64,000 nucleotides of DNA from the NCBI GenBank assembly GCA_036172245.1, contig JAYWIR010000008.1, positions 3,348,001 through 3,412,000 on the forward strand. Direction: 5' to 3'. Below the pieces are notes generated by a model. The model saw nothing but the letters and a program-made list of their open reading frames with translations, was not told the origin of the DNA and did no database searches. Below, piece after piece: positions 26,900 through 34,491 of the stretch; the first letter of the stretch is position 1, and the number at the start of each line of letters is the position of its first letter. The translations under genes and the position numbers were made by a program. This stretch comes from Raillietiella orientalis (lineage: Eukaryota).

Positions 26900-28130
26900 G
26901 CACGCTGGAAAAGGCAAGGTAGCAGACCAACTTGGGGGGTGCCGCGTCGGAGATCACGGGGTCACGGTCTCTGCGCCTGGCATCAGATGTCGTGGGTTCG
27001 AATACCCGGAAAGAACGGACGCAGGAGAAATGGGGGTTGCCACCCGGTCACTCCGGAGCGTTCATTTAAAAACTGCCTATACATTAGCGGTACTAGGCCC
27101 CAATACGGCCAATACAACACAGGACCTGCCGCAACATGATGTTTCGCTCTTGGAACTCCGTTGCGCTCACCTCTCCCCGTACTGCACGGTGGATGAGGTG
27201 TGCAACAGCCAGGAGAAGTGGACTCACCTGGCCGTCACGTCCCTCGCCAACGTGCTGTCAGCCCTCAGGGCAAGTGATGACAGCTGCCTGCCGGCGAGGT
27301 GGGAGGTCGCCTGCACCATCGCAGGAACAACCCGACCCATAGACGGCTAGAGGACTTGCGAGCTGGCAGACGCCGCCACGCCTCGCAACATCCCGAAGGG
27401 ACTCCTTCGGTGGAGCGAACATTTGAGTGTGCCCCCCGAAGAACTTGTGGTCCCTCCCTCCTGTCTCAACACTTCTGTGTTCCCCCTTTCGTGGAAGCAG
27501 GACGTCATCATGCTGGTGCATTGGGGTTTTCACCCCAACCAGCGGACGAACCGTGTTTCCGGGGGAGTTGTCTCCCCAAACTGTAAGCGGTGCGGGGAAG
27601 TGGAAACGCTCCCGCACCTGCTCTTGGACTGCAGTGTCCTCCAAGGACTGTGGCGGAGGCTGGTCTCAGCTCTCCAGGACCAGGGGGACACCGCCAGAGA
27701 CTTGATGCACCGCTTCTTCACGCCAGGCAGCCTGTCCTTAGGTGCTGTCATCGCAACGGTCTGTTGCACCCGCGCCATCGACAAGGCCCACCGAGAGCTG
27801 GAGAGGCAGGCGATTCGTCGACAGGCCACCGGAATAGCCGGTGTGAACATGGTGTCGGCTGCCGAGTGGGCCCATCTTCCAGAGGGCGTTAGGAGCGAGA
27901 TCACCGGCATCCATAGCCGGTTCTGAAAGAAAGGAACGGCCAAACCAAAGAACCCCTGTCCCCTACCCTCCCCATATCTTTATTTCTATTTTTTACATGT
28001 GCATTTGTGGTCCCCTCCCTCCCGTTCCGGACTTTCGGTTTACCGACCTGCGTGTCGGTGATCCCCCCCCTTCGTTTCTTCTGTGTCCTTTGTCCGGAAA
28101 CTCTGTTCCTGGATAGTTTGGGAATAAACG
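26900..28130 (+). mobile_element. L1/Tx1-like non-LTR retrotransposon 3' fragment
   Basis: ORF 27423-27926 has SPNCKRCGEVETLPHLLLDCSVLQGLW (CxxC-x8-H-x4-C zf-RVT). An upstream GGCRVGD resembles the post-RT GGLG motif. A T-rich 3' UTR and AATAAA (~28123) follow. Confidence 0.75.
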
Positions 28131-28443
28131 CTCCGGCGTACCCGGGTGACAAAGAAACTGCCGAGTCGCCGGTGCGCAGACCGACTTGACTCTCCTCGGC
28201 AGCGGAAGGGGATGGAGAAAAAACAAAAAGAAACGCTTTGGAGGGCCGGGAAGGGATCACTGACCACTGGAGGGAGGGTCCATCCTTTGCAGGATGCTGT
28301 CTGGGTCCGTTCGAATCCCACCCAGGTGGGGCTGTCTGGTCGCAATCCGCAGGAAGCGGCCTGCGAGTTCGTCGACGTCCCTTTCGCTGTTTGGTCTTCT
28401 GACTTTGCTCCCCGCAGCCACAATATCTCCTCGCAGGAGAAAT

Positions 28444-28828
28444 GAATCGAACCCTGATTCCCTGTTACCCGTTACAACTATGGTAGGCGCATACCATCGA
28501 TGGTTGATAAAGCAGACACTTGAAAGACAAAGTCGCCGGTACGAGACCGTTGCGATCAGCCCAAAGTTACTCAGAGTCACCAACAGTTTCTGGGTCCGCG
28601 AAGGGAACCCGTTGGTCCCGTTCTAATAAGAGCCCTCCATTCGCAAGGACGAAGTGTTGGAAGCATGTATTAGCTCAAGAATTGCCACAGTTATCCAAGT
28701 AGGAGTGTACGATCTAAGGAACCACAACTGATTTAATGAGCCATTCGCGGTTTAGCCTTGTTTCTGTATGGACTTAGACGTGCATGGCTTAATCTTCGAT
28801 TACGTCTACTGGCAGGATCAACCAGGTA
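28444..28828 (-). pseudogene. 18S rRNA 5'-end fragment (truncated, partly degenerate)
   Basis: The minus strand begins TACCTGGTTGATCCTGCCAGTAG at 28828. It continues with AAGATTAAGCCATGCA, AATGGCTCATTAAATCAGTT, TACTTGGATAACTGTGG and GAGCTAATACATGC, and stops abruptly after GTAACGGG...CAGGGTTCGATTC. Confidence 0.92.
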
Positions 28829-29480
28829 GATGCGCACCGGCTCAGCCGCGCGTGCGGGAGATGGGGGATCGGCTAGGCGCGCGCGACGTCCGCTACCCGC
28901 CCGCAGGCAGCAGGCAGCCGTGCGACAGCGCGCGCGCGCGGTACTCTGCGATGGCCTTTCGGGGGCCGCGGCACAGGGGGCCGACGGCCAGCCCCGAATC
29001 CTCGCTTCCCACAAACGACAGTCGTGGTGTCGCCTCGTCCCGCGAGACGGAGCTCACGAAGAACCTCCTCCGCCGAGCGACGCGGCGGACGAAGCGGGGC
29101 TCAAAGGGGCCCCGCCCATGCCCGCGCCATCGTGGACGGTGCATTCGAGAACGGCGTGATGCGAATCGGGAAAGCACAACCCCGATGTTCGGTACGGGAA
29201 AGGCCGGTCCCTCGTCGGGATCCGACCGCGGAGCGCAGGCATCCAAGGCACGAGGACGGCACCTCCGCGGCAGCCACCCGCGCCCAGGGACCGAAGCGCC
29301 CGCAGGGGACGACGAGTCAGGCAGCGAGGAGTGGAGGCAGCCGGGGATCAGGGCGACCGCACAGACACGGAAGATCCCCGAACACCGCGGATCCCGGGAT
29401 CCCGGCCCCGAAGTTCCGGGCAGAGGCCCGTCGCCTCCGATCGACAACCTCGCGCGACGAGAGGTTCCGAGGCGAAGCTG
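28829..29480 (-). other. Probable rDNA 5' external transcribed spacer carried with the 18S fragment
   Basis: Very GC-rich and CpG-rich tract directly upstream of the 18S 5' end. The call rests on position and composition only. Confidence 0.5.
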
Positions 29481-29609
29481 CGACGAGAAATGGAGGGGGG
29501 GGGATGCGTCGTGGGTTCGAGTTCCTCCCCCAAAATGACGCTGGTTGGCCTGTATTCGAGTGCGGTGGCACAAGTGGAAGCTGGATGCCTCCGGTTTAGG
29601 ACGGGATCG

Positions 29610-30075
29610 GAAGTCAACCCTCTGGGTCCCTCCAGAAATCAAGGAACCCTTAGGGGCCTCTCCAGTTGTAAAGATGAAGCCGTTCTTCCCCACGGGGGGC
29701 TACCCTCCATCTCGTACCATGGAGCTGGTGGATCCATACCTCTCCAGAGTATGAAGAAGCGCGTTGTTTTTTCTGGGGAGCGCCCTTCAGAGAGAATCTG
29801 GAAGATCCCTTCGGGATTCTCTCCAGGGGAAGGGTGGAACAGGAGCGGTTTCCTTACGGAGGATCCCTCCAAACAAATTCCACGGAAGGATCCTTTCTGG
29901 GTTCCCTCCGGAGAAGAAAAGAGGAGAGGATCCCACAATCCAGGGTTCCCTCCGGAATCTCTTCGGAAACAACCAGGATGGAGGATCCTTTTCAGGATTC
30001 CCTCCCTAGCTTAAGAGGAACGGACTCCTTCCTCTGGAGCCCTTCCTGGATTCATATGGTTCAACACCCGGGTAC
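29610..30075 (+). repeat. Dispersed repeat family, copy B
   Basis: Shares GTC..CC...GGTCC.TCCAG.AATCAAGGA, CCTCTCCAGTTGT, GGGTTCCCTCCGGAGAAGA, CTTCGGA.ACAACCAGG and GAGGAACGGACTCC..GAGCCCTTCCTG with 32234-32764. The 3' part also matches copy A. Confidence 0.75.
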
Positions 30076-30083
30076 GTCGGGGA

Positions 30084-30900
30084 GTTTATTATATAAAATG
30101 AACAAACAAAGTGTAGAGCCATAGGCCCTACAACGTCCGAAAGAGTTCGGAACCTGCCGAGTAACCGGTACGCAGGCCGACGAGGTTTGCCTCGGCAGCG
30201 GAGGGCAAGGGGGCAAACAAAACTAAAAACAAAAACAAAAAATAAGAGGGTTTGGGAAGCGATCAACCGGAAGCTGGAGGGAGTCCTCTGCATCCTTTCC
30301 AGGATGCTGACAAGTTCCATCCGAGTATGTCCCAGGTGGGACCATCTAGCTGCCGTCCTCATGGAGCTCAGGGAGAAGCAGATGGCGTCCCTACCGCGCC
30401 TTTCTCCCCTCGCGTATCTCCAGGTCGCCAGAATCCCTCGTAGGCATCAAAGGGCTGCTAGAAGTAAGGCAGGAGAAAGGACATCGCGCACGAAGAGGTG
30501 CTCCATCACGTCCCCGGGATTGTCCTTCGATGCCCAAAGGGCCGTTGCATAACGCAACCACAGGGGCCGGAGCACAACACAGTCTACAAGCAGGTGCGGG
30601 AGCTAGGATTCCCGTTCCCTGCACCTGACACAGTTGGGGTCCACAGCCCTCCGGGTCCAGTGAGAGCGGCATGAGTTGCACGGGAGACCCTCTTGCAACA
30701 GCAAAAGTGCCGACTCCTACCACTTCATGGGGAGGGCCCGATTGTTCTCTAACTCTGAGAGCCACTCGAGGTCTTCCTGTGGGATTCCCAGCAGTTCGAG
30801 AATCCGTTGGATAAAGCTCGGCAAGCAGATGCTTCGGATGCAGCCAACTCGCATGGCCGCATCCGGAAGGATGGGTTATGGGGGATTTTCTTGCTTGCTA
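30084..30900 (-). mobile_element. L1/Tx1-like non-LTR retrotransposon 3' fragment
   Basis: Minus strand ~30645-30560 reads VDPNCVRCRERES/LPHLLVDCVVLRPLW (zf-RVT, frameshifted). A T-rich 3' UTR lies at ~30215-30245 and AATAAA at ~30090. Confidence 0.7.
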
Positions 30901-31012
30901 TCTACGATCTCTTCCTCTGCACCCATCTCAAGCGTTTCGTGAGATCTCATCTTGGGCAAGCTCCATGTGATGCCTTCACACGCGTCCTGAACTGTTGCCC
31001 TTGCCAAGCCAA

Positions 31013-31433
31013 CCCATCCAGACGAACGCTCTATTTCCTGTCCCTCATTTTCCCCACGACCTTTGGAAGGTCTCCGGTTCCCCGATGCCAGTAACCCTTG
31101 CAAAGTCAGTCGATTTCCCTTGGTTCCATTTCGAGACGGTACGCGGAAGCTGAGAAGACGCGTCTTCAGCTGAGCTCCTTCCCATCTGCTCGTCCGCGTT
31201 ATTCCGTTGCTCGTGCTGCCGCCTTCTGCGCTCTCCGTTGCCCTTTTCTTTGCCGGAGCCGTCCCCATGGACACACCAACCGTCTTGGAGCCATCGACGA
31301 GTCGATTCTTTCATTCAGGGTGGTGCTTGCCATTTCTTATCGAACCCCAAGCCGAGATCGTTCTTCTTCATTCGAGCCCCATCGTAGGTTTTCCGGTTCT
31401 TATCTTTCTAATCTGCTGCTTTCACGAGAGCTC
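31013..31433 (+). repeat. ~420-bp repeat; inverted near-identical copy at 44697-45118
   Basis: ORFs 31098-31457(+) and 44703-45032(-) translate almost identically. The nucleotide match runs from ACCCATCCAGACGAACGC to GAGAGCTC with few substitutions. Confidence 0.9.
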
Positions 31434-32233
31434 ACTGAGACCTGCAAGATTTGTTAACGTCATATCCTTGGCGTCTTTCTCGCTTTTCCTATCCCCACCT
31501 TTATCGCACTCATCCTTCTCTGTAACTTCCTGCATCTTCCTTTTTAGTACCAAATGACGGATAAAGCCCGCTGCTTTTGTGCCGCATGCCGCGAAGGAAA
31601 AAGGTTCCACTTCAGAAGTTCCTCGCTCGTGGCTCGCATGCTTCGTAGGGCGAACAGTCAGCAAACGGAGCACTCAGAGAGACCTGGAATAAAACAGATG
31701 GGATGGGGGTGGTGCACTGGTCAGCCAAAGTAGCCCCAGGTCGGTTTCCCCGCTCTTTCTGCTAGCTGGAGGCTCGTGCAAGCGATGCGACCACACATTC
31801 GCAACTCGGAAGCTTTTTTTTTTTTACTGGTGGAAAAATCTGGAATCGATATTCCGAAATCTTGAAGTGTTCGCCAGGCACTTCCAGAGGGGATGGGGGG
31901 GGGGGAAACACTTTGGCACACCATCCGGGTGAAATTTTCCGACCCGGAAGCATGTGGAAATATGACTCGTGCGATCTTCCTGAAGACCTCTAGTGCAAAC
32001 CGCGGTTGCATTTTCCGATACGATGGAAGCTGGAATGAAGACGTAGCCCCTGTCGGAGGCTTTGCAGTTAAGGCTTCCACGTGTGGCACCATGCGTCGCG
32101 GGTTCGAATACTCCGGCAGAAACTGACGCCACTGCGTCGTTGGGTTCCGAGTTTCTCCTGCATCGGCGCCGGTTGGCCGAGACATTCGGGCGTAGCACCA
32201 CCTGGAGGCTCCCGATGAAAACAGGAACAATGG

Positions 32234-32764
32234 GAGTCGACCTTCGGTCCTTCCAGGAATCAAGGAGTGGGGAGTTCCCCCTCCGGCCATACAACGGAGA
32301 GCGAACCCCCCTCACCGGAAGGACCCCTCCGGTTTGTTCAAGATGGAGCAGGAGTATTCACAGGCACCTCTCCAGTTGTTTAAAGGAGCGGACCCCCCCT
32401 GTTTCGGGGGGGTCCGCTCCTTTAAAGTAGCCGCCTCTCCAGAAAAGTGCAAGGAAGCAAGCGAGAGCGATCCCCCTGCGGGAAGCTGCAACGCCCCTTC
32501 TGAATTTCGGAAGCGTCCTTTAGGGGTTTTCTTCAGAGGAGTGAACAGGAGCGGTTCCCTTGCGGGTTCCCTCCGGAGAAGATGAAATGGAGAAGACCAT
32601 CCCCCTCTTCCAGGGGGTGTCCCTCCGGAGAGAATGAGGAAGGAGATTCCTTTCTGGGTTCCCCTTCGGAGACAACCAGGGTGGGAGGTACGATCCCCCC
32701 CGCCCCCCGGGTGGATCCCTCCCCAAGCGTGAGAGGAACGGACTCCGAGCCCTTCCTGCGGACT
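32234..32764 (+). repeat. Dispersed repeat family, copy C (left part, interrupted by the viral insertion)
   Basis: Colinear with copy B up to GAGGAACGGACTCCGAGCCCTTCCTG, then switches to viral sequence at 32765. Confidence 0.7.
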
Positions 32765-33038
32765 CAAGGACCTTGTCACAACTTCGACGACCTCCATTCA
32801 GCAGATGCCATCTTGACCACGCCAAAGGATCAGCAAGCTCCAACCTGCCATACTGCTCCAAACAAGGTGAAACATCCCTGGGCTTTCGGAGCACTCGACG
32901 ACCACAATCCTGCCGAAGAGAACTACGAAAAGAAGGTATACTTTTTCCCACAAACAGTATCATTGCTTTTTAGATGCTCCAACTCATCCCATCAGACCAC
33001 ACCGAAAAGTACATCTTGGAAAACCACACCAAATTTTA
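32765..33038 (+). pseudogene. rep: Inverted partial duplicate of viral rep (motif III region plus a segment missing from the main copy)
   Basis: 32765-32929 is the reverse complement of 33852-34016 with 1 mismatch in 165 bp. 33023-33038 matches 33835-33850. Confidence 0.9.
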
Positions 33039-33377
33039 GGAGTGAAGGGAATAAGATGGTACACTAGGTCGCTAGTGAGAGTGCAGGAGAGTGTACATGG
33101 AGGTTATGATGGCAGATCCAAGAAGTGTCCTTGGTTCGATAGTGGATCTGATGGCGGATTAGATGTGGAAATGAATTGTAACATATGGAATGGAAAGATG
33201 TATGTGATAAAGCACATGTCCGGACAGGATATTCCAGACGATTTCAAGGAAGGAGGGCAGCAGCGCGCGTTTCCTGATGAGGGAACGTTGAAAGCAGGAA
33301 TGCCTGCTTATCACATGTCGGAGAAATATTATTTTATGTTCCAAGGAGCTAGAGATAAAACAGTGTATGTTCAATAA
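33039..33377 (+). pseudogene. Putative CRESS virus capsid protein, C-terminal part
   Basis: Open frame convergent on rep, ending ...YHMSEKYYFMFQGARDKTVYVQ*. This resembles the YYxxF C-terminal strand of circovirus-like capsids. The stop overlaps AATAAA. The call rests mainly on genome position. Confidence 0.6.
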
Positions 33378-33420
33378 ATTGGTTTATTATCGGGAAGCAT
33401 CGGCGGTGCCAACATAGTTA

Positions 33421-34188
33421 TTATCGGTTTGGAGGGTTGGTTTGATGAATGGAAGTATGTATCCACGGTGTCTTTTTCCTGTTTGAATGGGTGTCGAGGT
33501 CGATGACGATCCATCTGTCGTATAATAGTTTGGCGAATTCAGGTTCCCAGTTTGCCAGGACGATGACGTGAGGTGTGTCATCATACTTGATGGACCCTGG
33601 ATATTTTGGGTCGAACAAAATTCCATTTTTCAAGGACTCGATGAAGCCATATTGGACGAGTTCTTTTGCATCCCTGGTGAAATCGACGGCGATCGTTGGT
33701 TCTCCGTTGTATAGATGAGCTGCATCTGCCTTTTTGCAGCTCTGCATGTAGATTGCCTTTCTTCGAAGGAAGAGAAACTTGGCCAAGGTGGTTTACTAAT
33801 TATTATCTTTGATAAAGTTGATATTTTTTTTGAATAAAATTTGGTGTGGTCTTCGTAGTTCTCTTGGGCAGGATTGTGGTCGTCGAGTGCTCCGAAAGCC
33901 CAGGGATGTTTCACCTTGTTTGGAGCAGTATGGCAGGTTGGAGCTTGCTGATCCTTTGGCGTGGTCAAGATGGCATCTGCTGAATGGAGGTCGTCGAAGT
34001 TGTGACAAGGTCCTTGGTTCATGAGTTTGGATGTAACCTTGAATGTGAGGGGTTCCACTTTCTCCCTGTCCTTTTGCAAGGATCGCCAAGGAGCGGTGTA
34101 GTCTGCTCCATTTCTTGAGCAAGTCGAGTTCTCCATCCGTGTAACTGTTTAGGGTGATGCACCAATCCGTGTAAGATGCGCACGGCAT
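33421..34188 (-). pseudogene. rep: CRESS virus replication-associated protein (Rep), frameshifted and internally deleted
   Basis: RCR motif I WCITLN, motif II GTPHIQG and motif III YCSK, with PWAFG after a frameshift. SF3 helicase remnants: broken Walker A (..TTLAK), Walker B region IAVDFTR, YGFIESLKNG, motif C PHVIVLAN and Arg finger DRW. Confidence 0.95.
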
Positions 34189-34241
34189 TTTAGTAAGACT
34201 ACGAAACGCGTGGTGGGAAGAAAAGGCTTATGTACCGGGAA

Positions 34242-34284
34242 AGTGCGCAGTTAGGCGATTCCAGTATTGCCCGAACTGCGCACT
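34242..34284 (+). promoter_or_regulatory. Viral rolling-circle origin stem-loop with variant nonanucleotide CAGTATTGC
   Basis: Perfect 11-bp arms AGTGCGCAGTT (34242-34252) and AACTGCGCACT (34274-34284) enclose CAGTATTGC (34262-34270), one base from the NANTATTAC consensus. It lies about 54 bp upstream of the rep ATG. Confidence 0.85.
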
Positions 34285-34403
34285 GTCAGCGTTTCATGGG
34301 AATTCCGTAATGGTTACAGTAAATGTGTCTGTCTATTTTTTTTTTTTTTTTTGTCTAGTTTGCTTCTGTGAGGGTTTTTGCGTGAAGGACTGGGTGTGAG
34401 CGC

Positions 34404-34491
34404 TAGGAATTCCTCCCTGGATTCGTAGGGAGGATCCCTCCCGGGGTACCCCCTACCTTGAAGAGTTGCCCACCCTCGCGTGGCGTGGAAC
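34404..34491 (+). repeat. Dispersed repeat family, copy C (right part)
   Basis: CCTCCCTGGATTCGTAGGGAGG...CCCCTACCTTGAAGAGTT...GTGGCGTGGA matches the 3' end of copy A (~1470-1566). Confidence 0.7.

Larger units (their letters stand above)
32765..34284. mobile_element. Endogenous CRESS-DNA (circovirus-like) viral element, rearranged
   Basis: Contains HUH and SF3 Rep motifs, a convergent Cap-like ORF with back-to-back AATAAA signals (33373-33378 on +, 33383-33388 on -), and an origin stem-loop. Confidence 0.92.

Noticed and set aside
29610..32764. CRISPR-like repeat-spacer array
   Set aside because: The short motifs are irregular, degenerate sub-repeats with no constant period, there are no cas genes, and the context is eukaryotic.
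32773..33377. Spliced Rep-Cap chimeric protein (removing 32936-32973 joins the motif III frame to the Cap frame)
   Set aside because: There is no start codon or motifs I-II, and the joining segment is read in a non-Rep frame. Most likely a coincidence of the rearrangement.
34336..34352. Poly-T tract next to the EVE as a retroposition tail
   Set aside because: It lies upstream of rep and beyond the origin, not at a transcript 3' end. Homopolymer runs are common throughout the window.
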